DNA of 25,526 nt, from IMG/VR virus record IMGVR_UViG_3300037237_000333, positions 1-25,526 of that record, one strand, 5' to 3'. Source of the DNA: a virus (taxonomy: Duplodnaviria > Caudoviricetes). Position 1 is the first letter of the stretch; the number at the start of each line of letters is the position of its first letter. Shown piece after piece: positions 1 to 8,245 of this stretch. Both the position numbers and the translations under genes were made by a program. The notes beneath the pieces are model-generated. The model made no database searches and was not told the DNA's origin. It saw only the letters and a program-made list of their open reading frames with translations.

Positions 1-417
1 CCAGTCGGTGACGTCGAGGACAAGGCCGTCGCGATCCTTGACGACTTCGGCGACGTCGAGCTTGATCCGGACCCAGCACCCGTCCCAGTCGTCCCACGTC
101 GTCGCCGCCCAGTCCTGCCGGAACGCCCACGTGTCCTCGACGACGACATCCTTCGGAGCCTTCTTGACCCGCGCGCGGAGCCGCTTGAACTCCTCGGCGC
201 GGTTCGCCAGTTCCGGTGGGAGTTTGGCGATCGTCCCCTTGAGGAACCCGGAGGCGAGATCGTGGATCGCCGCCCCGCGCTCGAGCGCCGCGCCCTTCGG
301 CTCCGGGAGCTTGTCGAGCGCCGTCAGCTTGAACTTCAGCGGGCAGGCATCGTACGAGCCCCACCGGCTGAAGGACCAACTCTTCACGGGCTTCGTCGCC
401 GCCGTCGGGAAAGCCAT
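1..417 (-). CDS. PD-(D/E)XK (RecB/Cas4-like) phage exonuclease, N-terminal part (runs off the window)
   Basis: Not in the ORF track. Translated by hand from ATG 417 (RBS TAGGAG): MAFPTAATKPVKSWSFSRWGSYDACPLKFKL...ERGAAIHD...VRIKLDV...DVTDW. The WSFS..CP, RG..IH, KLD and DW(K) motifs are typical of phage PD-(D/E)XK exonucleases. Confidence 0.85.
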   Translation of the reverse strand, partial: MAFPTAATKPVKSWSFSRWGSYDACPLKFKLTALDKLPEPKGAALERGAAIHDLASGFLKGTIAKLPPELANRAEEFKRLRARVKKAPKDVVVEDTWAFRQDWAATTWDDWDGCWVRIKLDVAEVVKDRDGLVLDVTDW

Positions 418-1053
418 CGGTGAACTCCTATTCCAACCAATCGACGGTCGGCTGACCTTCGTGGCCGTGTTCCCAGACGTACCACGCGAACGGGATCATC
501 CCGCCGCGATCGTCCTTGTTTACGTAGCCATCGACGCGGAACCTGTTGTGCGGGATCGCCAGGCGCGAACTGAAGACCCAGACCCGGGCGAGCGGAGTCG
601 ACTTGAACATCGCCCGGCGCCGCGTCCCCTCCAGGAACGAGAGGCGGGCGAGGATGGCGACCTTTCCGGTCGTCAGGCCCAGCGCCTTCGGGACGAACTG
701 GTTGATCAGGTTGAACGGCGGGTTGGTGACGACGTTCGGCGCCCGCGGCTTTACCTGCGCGAGGAAGTCGACGCCGCCCACGCCGTACCCGCGGTCGACG
801 AGGTCGGTGCTGACGACCTTGTACTTCGCCGCCTCGAGGACCTTCGACATCATCCCGTCGCCGCAGGCCGGCTCCCAGATCTTCCCGCGGAACTTCTCGA
901 CCAAGAGCAGCGCGAGCGTCCCGCGCGGCGGCGTCGGGTAGAAGTCGTTCGGATCGGCGGCCGTCGCGCCCGAACTCCGCGTCGCGGTGATGTGGACGAA
1001 GCCCTCGCGCTTGGTCACAGCAGGCACGCCCGCGCCGCGTCGGGAAAGCCATC
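403..1053. repeat. 16-bp exact direct repeat CGTCGGGAAAGCCATC (403-418 and 1038-1053) flanking the MTase gene
   Basis: Read directly. On the minus strand both copies read G-ATGGCTTTCCCGACG, the exonuclease start MAFPT. Confidence 0.9.
428..1027 (-). CDS. Orphan DNA N6-adenine methyltransferase
   Basis: DFYPTP, SAM-binding IWEPACGDG, TDL..RGYG, DFL and catalytic TNPPF motifs. The start may be GTG 1018. Confidence 0.9.
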   Translation of the reverse strand: MPAVTKREGFVHITATRSSGATAADPNDFYPTPPRGTLALLLVEKFRGKIWEPACGDGMMSKVLEAAKYKVVSTDLVDRGYGVGGVDFLAQVKPRAPNVVTNPPFNLINQFVPKALGLTTGKVAILARLSFLEGTRRRAMFKSTPLARVWVFSSRLAIPHNRFRVDGYVNKDDRGGMIPFAWYVWEHGHEGQPTVDWLE

Positions 1054-3050
1054 TACTCGTCCCCTTCCGTGGGCTTTCGCCATATTACAACTCCTTTCTC
1101 ATCGAACGTTTCCATCGACCCCCAGTTCACTTCGGAGAACGCACCTTCCGAATGCATAGGAACGTCGAACTCAAGCGACACCATAACGTCGCGTAGGCGT
1201 TCGTGGGCGATCGCCAAATCTTTGATGGGAACGCTGAGGACTAACTCGTCGTGGACTTGTAATATGATACGCCACGACGGATCTATGACCGCTGAAAAGC
1301 GAACAAGTGCTTCTTTCGTAGCGTCGGCGGATGAACCCTGGATCAGATAGTTAGTCATCTTGTAGTCGAACTTGAGCACGCGGCCGTTGTGTATTATCGG
1401 GTCTTCGCACGAGTACTCTCGGCAGCCCCAGGTCAGGAACGGCTGTTCGGCGACGGCCCGGGCCCTCATGTCGTCGTATATCGACTTGATGCCGGGGAGG
1501 ACTTTCAGGTAAGCCTTCTTGAGCTCCTCCGCCGCTTCGTAGGTGATGTCGAGCCGCGCCGCGATAGCCGTCGCGCCGCCCCCGTATATGATCTGAAAAC
1601 CGAGATTTTTTATAGGCTTTCGGGCGTAGTTCCGGTGGAGCATCTGGTTGATCATCTGTCGCGCGTACTCGTGCGGGTCGAGCCACGGGTCTTCCCGATA
1701 GCGTGCGAGGAGATCTCTGTCCTCGTAGTGGGCGAGGACGCGGAGCTCCTGGCCCTGGTAGTCGCGCCCGACCAGGACGTGCCCGGGGAACGGCGTGATG
1801 TAGCTTCGGCACAGCGGCAGAGCCGGGAGGTCCTTGATCGGACAGCGCGGGAGCTTCTTCTCCGTCGGGTCGTCGCCGAGGAAGATCGGCGCAAACTCCT
1901 TCGGGATGTTCTGGAAGTTCGGCGACGACGAGAGTCGGCCCGTCCGCGTACCGCCCTTGGCGCCGCCGCGGGTCTGGTTCCATGACGTGAAGATCAGGCC
2001 TCCGGACGCCTCGGCGGTCTCCAGCCACGACTCCATGAACGTCCCGAGGCACGTCTTAATCTGGGTCAGGTAGCGGAGCACCGCGGCGAGTGGGAGGTCG
2101 GCGACCCCGGCGGCGAGCGCCGCCTTATCCATCTTGACCTTACCGGTCTTCGTGATCCCCATCAGCGCCGGGTCCGCCGCGCCGACGCTGAGGAGCGCCG
2201 CGCAGAGTTGCTGGTCGGAGTCGAGGTTCACGTCCGGGCCGATCCCGAGCCGCTTCCGAAGCCACGTCTCGAGCCGGCCCATGACGCCGCGGTACTTCGC
2301 GACGTCCGCCCGGAGGCGCGCGACGTCGACCGGCACGCCGCGGCGCTCCATGTCGAGCAGCGCCGGCATCAGCCTCCGCTCGCGGTCGTAGGCGGGGAGC
2401 ATCCCGCGCGCGACGATCGACGGGTAGAGCTTCTCGAAGAGGGCCTCCGTCCGGACGACGTCGCCGTTCGCGTACGGCCCGACGACCTCGGGCGGCGCGT
2501 ATGCGATGTACTTCCCCGGCGGGTGCTTGGAGTTCGCGCCGCGCCCGATCCGGACGCCCTCGACCGGCTGCTCCGTCGTCAGCCAGTCGGCGACGGTGTC
2601 GCGCTCATCCGGGGCCATCCCGAGGAGGCGCTCCGCCGACGGCTTCAGCCCGAAGTCTCGGGCGTGGGGATCGTCCAAATATAGGGCGAAGACAGAATCG
2701 TGCCATTTATCCCAGGGTGGAGGTGCGATCCCGAAGTGCGTCTCGATACAATCGAGATCAAATTTTGCGCTGTGAAATAGTAGGCCGTCCTTTGCCGTGT
2801 CATATGCCTCTCGAACGGCGGCGACCGCATCTTCTCGGGTGCAGTTGTTCTTTCCGTTCTGGTGGTTGAAGGCGTAGTACTTTGACTTCTTTCCCCACTT
2901 CTTGATAGCCACGCCGACGATGTCCGGCGGGTAAGACGGCCGTCCCTCGATCCCAAAAGTTTCGCAGTCGATCGTCGTCGGTTTAGGATAACGCTGCTGC
3001 ACGACGCGCCTCCCGAGCAAGACGGCGTTTTTTAGATTGCGAGTGCTCAC
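1053..3050 (-). CDS. polA: Phage family A DNA polymerase (3'-5' exonuclease + polymerase)
   Basis: ExoI IDCET, ExoII FHSAKFDL, ExoIII YANGD, TRTGRLSSSPNFQNIP, motif A DYQGQELRVLAH, motif B RKPIKNLGFQIIYG (Phe at the E. coli 762-equivalent position), motif C QVHDEL. Confidence 0.97.
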   Translation of the reverse strand: MSTRNLKNAVLLGRRVVQQRYPKPTTIDCETFGIEGRPSYPPDIVGVAIKKWGKKSKYYAFNHQNGKNNCTREDAVAAVREAYDTAKDGLLFHSAKFDLDCIETHFGIAPPPWDKWHDSVFALYLDDPHARDFGLKPSAERLLGMAPDERDTVADWLTTEQPVEGVRIGRGANSKHPPGKYIAYAPPEVVGPYANGDVVRTEALFEKLYPSIVARGMLPAYDRERRLMPALLDMERRGVPVDVARLRADVAKYRGVMGRLETWLRKRLGIGPDVNLDSDQQLCAALLSVGAADPALMGITKTGKVKMDKAALAAGVADLPLAAVLRYLTQIKTCLGTFMESWLETAEASGGLIFTSWNQTRGGAKGGTRTGRLSSSPNFQNIPKEFAPIFLGDDPTEKKLPRCPIKDLPALPLCRSYITPFPGHVLVGRDYQGQELRVLAHYEDRDLLARYREDPWLDPHEYARQMINQMLHRNYARKPIKNLGFQIIYGGGATAIAARLDITYEAAEELKKAYLKVLPGIKSIYDDMRARAVAEQPFLTWGCREYSCEDPIIHNGRVLKFDYKMTNYLIQGSSADATKEALVRFSAVIDPSWRIILQVHDELVLSVPIKDLAIAHERLRDVMVSLEFDVPMHSEGAFSEVNWGSMETFDEKGVVIWRKPTEGDE

Positions 3051-3262
3051 CGCTCCGCCCTCTCCGCGTCGAGCTCGACGCGCGTCACCTGGGATCGAAC
3101 GCGGGCGATTCGGGAGAGGAGCCTGTTGACGAACATCTTCCGGTTCTTCTCGCCGAGCTCGTCGGCGAGGAGTTCCCGGCAGGTCGGCTCGTCGGCGGTC
3201 CGCACGACCGCGTTGAGGCCGACCCAGTTCCGGAGAGCCTCGGCGCGGTCGCGCTTGTTCAT
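3047..3262 (-). CDS. Hypothetical protein
   Basis: 71 aa, 1 nt from the upstream gene and GTGA-coupled to the polymerase start. Confidence 0.7.
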   Translation of the reverse strand: MNKRDRAEALRNWVGLNAVVRTADEPTCRELLADELGEKNRKMFVNRLLSRIARVRSQVTRVELDAERAER

Positions 3263-3263
3263 G

Positions 3264-4169
3264 TCAGTACTTCTTCGCGGCTGCCGCCGGCTTCTTCGCC
3301 GCCGGCTTCTTCGCCGCCGGGCGGTTGCTGACCGGCGCGGCCGGGGCGCCGCGCCCTCCCCTCGCCGGCGGGCGGGCGTTCGCCTTCCCCGCCGACGCGG
3401 GCTCCCCGGCGTCGAGCGAGTACGGGAACTCGATGATCGCCGCCGCCTCCTTGTTCCGCGCCGAGATCGCGCCGAGGAGCGGCGTCGGGACGAGCCCGAG
3501 CGGCTCGAAGAAGAGCCGGATCTGGGTCTTCGGGTCGGGGACGAGCCGGACCTTGGTGAAGACGCCGAACGGCGGGCGCTTGAAGACCGCCGCCATCTGC
3601 TTGACGTAGCCGGCGTATCCCTTGACGCTCGTCACCGCGAGCTTGAGGTAGCCGAACGGCTGGGTCTGGAAGTCCGCCGGGTCATCGTAAGCCTGGAAGT
3701 TCCCGGCCTTGTCGAACGCCCCGGCGGAGAGCAGCGCCAGCCGGCGGGTGTTCCGGCACGCCTTCCCCCGCCCCTTGTCCGCTGTCGCCCACTCGTTCAT
3801 CGGACAGCCGCGGCACGTCTCGTGCTGGGCCTGCCCAGCCTCGACGACCGACGGGTGCGGCGCCATCGTCGCCTCGTCGCGCCCGAACGCGAAGCAGAGC
3901 GGCGGCGACGGGTTGTTCGCGTCGAACTCGCCCTCGTAAAACACGTTCTCCATGACGGCGTCGGCGATCACGGCCGCCATCTGGTTGTCCGGCATCTGGA
4001 CGTCGTTGAACGTCAGGATGCCGCCACGGGTCGAGAAGAACTGACCGCCCCCGGCGTTCGCCTCCATCCCGGCCGCGGCTTCCGCCTGCCGGGCGAGCTC
4101 CTCGTCCCACCTCATCACCTCGGTCCCCGCCGCCGGGGCGGACTCCGCCTTGGTCTTCCTGGCTGCCAC
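3264..4169 (-). CDS. Putative ssDNA-binding/annealing protein with Cys cluster
   Basis: Good RBS (GAGGAG) and its own promoter. Contains NVFYEGEFD..P.C, CRGCPMNEW and GRGKACRNTRRL, plus a Lys/Ala/Pro tail. Lies next to polA. Function is inferred. Confidence 0.6.
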   Translation of the reverse strand: MAARKTKAESAPAAGTEVMRWDEELARQAEAAAGMEANAGGGQFFSTRGGILTFNDVQMPDNQMAAVIADAVMENVFYEGEFDANNPSPPLCFAFGRDEATMAPHPSVVEAGQAQHETCRGCPMNEWATADKGRGKACRNTRRLALLSAGAFDKAGNFQAYDDPADFQTQPFGYLKLAVTSVKGYAGYVKQMAAVFKRPPFGVFTKVRLVPDPKTQIRLFFEPLGLVPTPLLGAISARNKEAAAIIEFPYSLDAGEPASAGKANARPPARGGRGAPAAPVSNRPAAKKPAAKKPAAAAKKY

Positions 4170-4220
4170 GTGTCTCGCTCCTCGTATCCTGTTTCACGGC
4201 CGGCTCTTCGCCGGTCGGAC

Positions 4221-4262
4221 ACCCTACCGCGGATCGCGGCGGGCGTAAACGTCTATTTTTCT
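4221..4262 (-). promoter_or_regulatory. Sigma70-like promoter TTTACG-N17-TAGGGT with upstream GAAAAATAG
   Basis: Member of the repeated promoter family; lies upstream of the putative SSB gene. Confidence 0.7.
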
Positions 4263-4510
4263 GCGGGGGGTTCCGCCTTGCCGCGATCACGCGGGGGCGG
4301 TCCGGCCGGCTTCTTGCCAGTCAGCAGGAATCGGTAGATGTCTCCGGCGATATATGGCGCGTGGTGGGGTTTCCCACCCGGCGCCGAAGCGATCCTTACG
4401 GCGAGGTCCAACGCCTTCAGCCGAAGCTCGACCAGGCGGTCTGAATTTCCGCCGAGGAAGGCGGTCTCGTCGGCCGCGGAATCGGCTTCGTCCTTCATGT
4501 CGTCGGCCAC
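4253..4510 (-). CDS. Hypothetical protein
   Basis: RBS AAGGAGG before GTG; fits the operon. Confidence 0.6.
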   Translation of the reverse strand: MADDMKDEADSAADETAFLGGNSDRLVELRLKALDLAVRIASAPGGKPHHAPYIAGDIYRFLLTGKKPAGPPPRDRGKAEPPAEK

Positions 4511-4812
4511 GACACGTCCTCCTTAAGTCCGAGCGCGTCGCGCTCGTTCCGCGCCCGTGCGAGTCCGCGCCCGGCGATTTCGTATTCGCGCTCGGCGACC
4601 TTCACCCGCAGCTCGGCGACTTCGCGGTTCCGCCCGCGGACGGCGTCGGCGTAGATCAGCCGCAGCACCTTCAGGCAGTGGGTCAGGTCGGCGATCGTCA
4701 TGTCCTCGAGCGGCGTCGTCAGCGGGTCGATCGGCCGCCTCGCCGCCGTCGGGACCTCCCCGTATCCTCCGCGTGTGTCGGCGCGGAGGTCCATGGCTTC
4801 TTTCTCGGTCAC
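4495..4812 (-). CDS. Hypothetical protein
   Basis: RBS AAGGAG; fits the operon. Confidence 0.65.
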   Translation of the reverse strand: MTEKEAMDLRADTRGGYGEVPTAARRPIDPLTTPLEDMTIADLTHCLKVLRLIYADAVRGRNREVAELRVKVAEREYEIAGRGLARARNERDALGLKEDVSWPTT

Positions 4813-4836
4813 GTCGGTGTCTCCTTGTTGGCGGTT

Positions 4837-5046
4837 CTACAACGGTATTTTATCAAACTGAGTCTTTGCGGCGGTGATCAGCGCTTCGCCGATGGCCGTC
4901 GCGACTTCCGGAGAAACGCGGATCACCACGGCGACCGTCTTCGTCTCTACGCCGATTGTCACGTCAATCGCGCCGACGTCCTGCGCATCGATGTGGACGG
5001 ATGATCCCTTGAGACCTTCGAAGTCGGTATATAATGAGTATGCCAT
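4837..5046 (-). CDS. Hypothetical protein
   Basis: 69 aa, 3 nt from the upstream gene, lower GC than its neighbours. Confidence 0.6.
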   Translation of the reverse strand: MAYSLYTDFEGLKGSSVHIDAQDVGAIDVTIGVETKTVAVVIRVSPEVATAIGEALITAAKTQFDKIPL

Positions 5047-5049
5047 TCC

Positions 5050-5469
5050 CTACGCCTTCGCCACGCTCAGCGAGACGATCGTAAACGGCTCGACGCCGGG
5101 GACGACCTTCTTCGCGTCCCAGAGCTCGCCGATCGCGGCCTCGTTGAGGCGACGCTGGAGGAGGTCCGGGCGCTTGACCTTGAGGACGTAGGCGTTGAAG
5201 AGCGCCCAGTCCTTGACCTGGGCGACGACCCGGGTCCGGCGGGTGACGCGCGCGACCTTCCCGGCGACGCCCGTCGAATCGGCGGCGGAGATGCTGTTGA
5301 TCAGGTGCTCGGCGACGAACTTCTCCCGCTCGCCGATCGCCGCCGCGACCTTCTCCGCCGCGAGCCGCTCGTCGCGGAGCGAGGCGTAGAGGTCGGCACA
5401 GGCGCCGAGGGTCTTCGGCAACTTGACGAGGGGCGGCGGCTCGGCCGCCGGGTCGGGTTTTTTGGCCAC
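5050..5469 (-). CDS. Conserved phage replication-module protein (coiled coil + VKDW..F..Y..DLLQRRLN..VPGV)
   Basis: Pattern recalled from phage proteins encoded near SSB/polA; RBS AAGGAG. Function unknown. Confidence 0.7.
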   Translation of the reverse strand: MAKKPDPAAEPPPLVKLPKTLGACADLYASLRDERLAAEKVAAAIGEREKFVAEHLINSISAADSTGVAGKVARVTRRTRVVAQVKDWALFNAYVLKVKRPDLLQRRLNEAAIGELWDAKKVVPGVEPFTIVSLSVAKA

Positions 5470-5470
5470 T

Positions 5471-5971
5471 TCAGTCTCCTTTGTTGATCCTGCCCCAGCA
5501 CTCCGGGCCGATACCGCGATCCACGCTCTCCGGCGTCGTCAGCGCGCGGCCGCACCTCCCGCACCGACCCTCGTGGCGGACCTCGAGCCCCGCCGGCATC
5601 GCGCCGTCGCGGAGGACGCGGTCGCAGAAGAACTTCGCGGCGAGGAAGACCGCGGAGTTCGCCTGGAGCTTCGACTTCGCCGTCCGGCGGAGGTTCAGCG
5701 CGTCCCCCGCCACGTCGACGACGCCGAGATAGGTGTAGTCCGCGTCGTTGTCCGGCCCGGTCAGCCACGAGACGAAGTAGGTGTTGATCGTCGAGGTCCG
5801 CCCCTTCTGCGCGTGGCGGAACCTGTAGGTGTAGCGCGCGCCGGTCCGCGCCGACGAGAGGGTGACCCGGGCGTTCCCCGCGAGGGCGAAGCGCCGGGCC
5901 GACTCCGCGGTCTCGAGGCGGGCGGGGGTGACGCGGCTGATGCTCGTGATGTCTTCGATTTCGTAGGTCAT
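5471..5971 (-). CDS. DUF6011-domain protein
   Basis: C-terminal GRCGRCGRALTTPESVDRGIGPEC signature. Confidence 0.85.
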   Translation of the reverse strand: MTYEIEDITSISRVTPARLETAESARRFALAGNARVTLSSARTGARYTYRFRHAQKGRTSTINTYFVSWLTGPDNDADYTYLGVVDVAGDALNLRRTAKSKLQANSAVFLAAKFFCDRVLRDGAMPAGLEVRHEGRCGRCGRALTTPESVDRGIGPECWGRINKGD

Positions 5972-6026
5972 CTGCGTCTCTCCGGTTCCGATGAAGATAC
6001 CTTACCCCGCCGCCGCTGTTGGTGGG

Positions 6027-6215
6027 TCAGCTAGTAAGGCAGCTATCAACGATAATCCAAGGGCCAAAGCGGCTGTGGTCGCTAGAGGCATTCACCTCGC
6101 TCTCAATGCGCTGGCAGGACTCGTTCTCGTGAGAAATCGTCTTGAAACTGATCTTGGTCGAGAGAGTAAGACGGAGGCCGTCGGCATTTTTGAGGGTGAT
6201 CTGAAGGTTATTCAT
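6027..6215 (-). CDS. Small AT-richer hypothetical protein
   Basis: ATG 6215 preceded by GGAG and directly downstream of the promoter at 6244-6272. Confidence 0.5.
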   Translation of the reverse strand: MNNLQITLKNADGLRLTLSTKISFKTISHENESCQRIESEVNASSDHSRFGPWIIVDSCLTS

Positions 6216-6243
6216 TGTCTCGTGCTCCGGTTTCGATAAAGAC

Positions 6244-6286
6244 ACCCTACGCCGCCGCCGCGCCGCTGTAAATAGTTATTTTCAAC
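6244..6286 (-). promoter_or_regulatory. Promoter GAAAATAACTA-TTTACA-N17-TAGGGT
   Basis: Exact 17-bp spacer; near-identical to the copy at 11551-11590. Confidence 0.8.
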
Positions 6287-6287
6287 C

Positions 6288-6533
6288 TCAGCGGTATTTC
6301 CCCCCGCGCGCCCGGCGGAGCGCGGCGTTCACGATCCCTTCCGGGCCGGGATCGGCGAGGACGACGATGTCGTCCCAGCGCGCGGCGAAGAGGTCGCCGC
6401 CGTCGGCGCGGACGATGATGTTGTTCGCGCCGCGGACCTCGTGGACGGCGCCGAGCCGACGCCCGGCGGCGTGGGGGTCGGAGCCCGGGCGCACGCGCAC
6501 CCGGTCCCCCTTCTTCAGGACGTCGAAGTTCAC
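6288..6533 (-). CDS. Small SH3/KOW-like hypothetical protein
   Basis: GTG 6533 coupled to the upstream stop; LKKGDRVRV...G.V..V beta-rich pattern. Confidence 0.55.
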   Translation of the reverse strand: MNFDVLKKGDRVRVRPGSDPHAAGRRLGAVHEVRGANNIIVRADGGDLFAARWDDIVVLADPGPEGIVNAALRRARGGKYR

Positions 6534-7087
6534 GACGCGACCTTCGCGGCCTTGCGCTTCCCGTCGGCGCGGTGCCATGCGACGTGCCACTTCTTCGAGT
6601 CGGCCATCGAGAACTCGGACTTGACGACGGCCCACGTCTCCTCGTTGGTCTTGCCGGCGGCGAAGAGCTCGCGGCAGCGGCTGGCGACCGTCGGCGCCTT
6701 GATCTTCGCCGGCCGACCGACGACCGGCGCCGGGCTCGGCTCGGTCACGGCCTTCGCCTTGGAAGCGGCGGCGATCCGCGCGGTGGCGTCGGCGGTCGCC
6801 TTCTTCGCCGCGGCCTTCGCGACCTCGGCGACGGAGCCGTGGCCGTTGACCTTCGCGGGGGCGGCGACGATCGGAGCGGGCGCCTCGACGACCTTCGGCG
6901 CGGCGGCGCGAACCGCCTCGGCGAGCCGGTTCACGCGCTTGATCCCGTCGACTCGCGTCGCGAACCGCTTCGTCTCCGGGACCTTCGCGGCCGGCGCGAG
7001 CAGGTTGTGGACTTCGACGAGGGCCTTCGGCGCGAGGAGCTCGATCTGCGAGAGCGGCATCGCGGCGGCCTGGGCGAGGGTAAACAT
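6530..7087 (-). CDS. Ala/Lys-rich early protein with a C-terminal helical (HTH-like) domain
   Basis: First gene after the promoter at 7124-7152. C-terminus TVASRCRELFAAGKTNEETWAVVKSEF...VAWHRADGKRK. Confidence 0.7.
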   Translation of the reverse strand: MFTLAQAAAMPLSQIELLAPKALVEVHNLLAPAAKVPETKRFATRVDGIKRVNRLAEAVRAAAPKVVEAPAPIVAAPAKVNGHGSVAEVAKAAAKKATADATARIAAASKAKAVTEPSPAPVVGRPAKIKAPTVASRCRELFAAGKTNEETWAVVKSEFSMADSKKWHVAWHRADGKRKAAKVAS

Positions 7088-7123
7088 CTGAGCGGTTCCT
7101 TCCGGGTGGTGGGCGATGAAGTG

Positions 7124-7166
7124 AACCTACGCCCGCCGCGCCCGGTTGTAAATAGACAATTTCAAC
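7124..7166 (-). promoter_or_regulatory. Promoter TTTACA-N17-TAGGTT
   Basis: Repeated promoter family, exact 17-bp spacer. Confidence 0.8.
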
Positions 7167-7182
7167 CGGGCGCGAAGTTTTT

Positions 7183-7500
7183 TCAGCAGGGCGTACCGGG
7201 CTTCTTCGCGATCGGGACGCCGCCGCCCTGCTTGAACACCGAGAAGGCGATGTAGGTCGCCGCCGTATACCCCTGTTCGCCAAGGAAGCAACAGCGCGTC
7301 GCCAGGCCGTAGTCGATCAGATCGTCTCTAGCGCCCTTCGAGACTATATTTCCATCCCAGACCGGACCCTGAAAGAGAAGTTGGCGGAGAACTTCGCGCT
7401 GACCTGAGTCCAGTCCATCCCACGCGACCGAGCCGTATGTAAAGTATCCTTCGTCAGTCTGCATCTTCGCGAGGGCGTCCGCTACCTGATCCTTCTTCAC
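7183..7500 (-). CDS. Hypothetical protein
   Basis: GTG 7500 coupled to the DUF3310 stop, RBS AAGGAG; lower GC. Confidence 0.65.
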   Translation of the reverse strand: MKKDQVADALAKMQTDEGYFTYGSVAWDGLDSGQREVLRQLLFQGPVWDGNIVSKGARDDLIDYGLATRCCFLGEQGYTAATYIAFSVFKQGGGVPIAKKPGTPC

Positions 7501-7757
7501 GACTCCTTCTCCAGCGTCGCGACGAGCCGGGCGCCGTACCACGCGGCCTTCGCCGCGTCCTCCGCGGCGTCTCCCTTGAGGCCGAGGCGCCACTGGTACT
7601 TGACGACCTGGCCGCGGAGCCAGGCGACGAAGCCCTCGCGGCCGAGCATCGCCTCGATGGCGTCGACGCACTCGACCCCGCCCTGGGTGTAGTGGGGCGG
7701 GTGATCTACCATGTCGACTGGCTTGACGACGTCAAGTTTCACCTCTACGCGCCTCAT
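7497..7757 (-). CDS. DUF3310-domain protein (T7 gp1.7-like, putative nucleotide kinase)
   Basis: DMVDHPPHYTQGGVECVDAIE...KYQWRLGLKG..EDAAKAAWY. Confidence 0.9.
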   Translation of the reverse strand: MRRVEVKLDVVKPVDMVDHPPHYTQGGVECVDAIEAMLGREGFVAWLRGQVVKYQWRLGLKGDAAEDAAKAAWYGARLVATLEKES

Positions 7758-7760
7758 ATC

Positions 7761-8234
7761 TCAGTCCTCCCCCAGCCCTAAGGTCTTGCCGCCTTCGCCG
7801 TCCGGAGCCGCTTCCTGCGCGGCGGTCTCGGCCGCTTCGATCGCCGCCTTCCGCGCTTCGCACGCAGCCTCGGCTTCCTCGATCGTGGCGAACTCGAGGA
7901 GCTCGTCCCTGCCGCTCGGGTCGAGGCCCCGGAGCTTCGCCACGGCGCGGCGGCCAACGATGGCGCAGCACGCGATCTCCATCGCTTCGTTATCGTCGAG
8001 GGTCTCGGCGAGGTCGATCGCTGAGGCGGCGGAGTTCTCGCCGTCGCCGAGTTCGCAGAACCACTCCGGCTCGACCAGCGTCCGCGGGTCGAAGCGCAGC
8101 GCCCATAGGCCGTCGGACCGCGAGACCCACTCGCCGAGCCGGATCGACTTTCCATCGATCTCAACCTCGACGAATGACTTAGGCGACTCCGGGCCGGGGC
8201 CGCCGTCGAATACGATGTCAACCAGTTTCGTCAT
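7761..8234 (-). CDS. Acidic hypothetical protein
   Basis: RBS GGAG; sits in the operon between the RNR and DUF3310 genes. Confidence 0.7.
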   Translation of the reverse strand: MTKLVDIVFDGGPGPESPKSFVEVEIDGKSIRLGEWVSRSDGLWALRFDPRTLVEPEWFCELGDGENSAASAIDLAETLDDNEAMEIACCAIVGRRAVAKLRGLDPSGRDELLEFATIEEAEAACEARKAAIEAAETAAQEAAPDGEGGKTLGLGED

Positions 8235-8245
8235 CTCACTTCTCC

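Noticed and set aside
384-1052. 222-aa ORF starting MAFPT and overlapping the MTase
   Set aside because: Arg-rich alternative frame; its start is the duplicated exonuclease start, and the MTase motifs lie in the 428-1027 frame.
4220-4231. RfaH ops-like GCGGTAGnnT sequences (also at 11509-11520)
   Set aside because: They coincide with the -10 hexamers of leftward promoters and are not in the leader of the NusG-headed operon.
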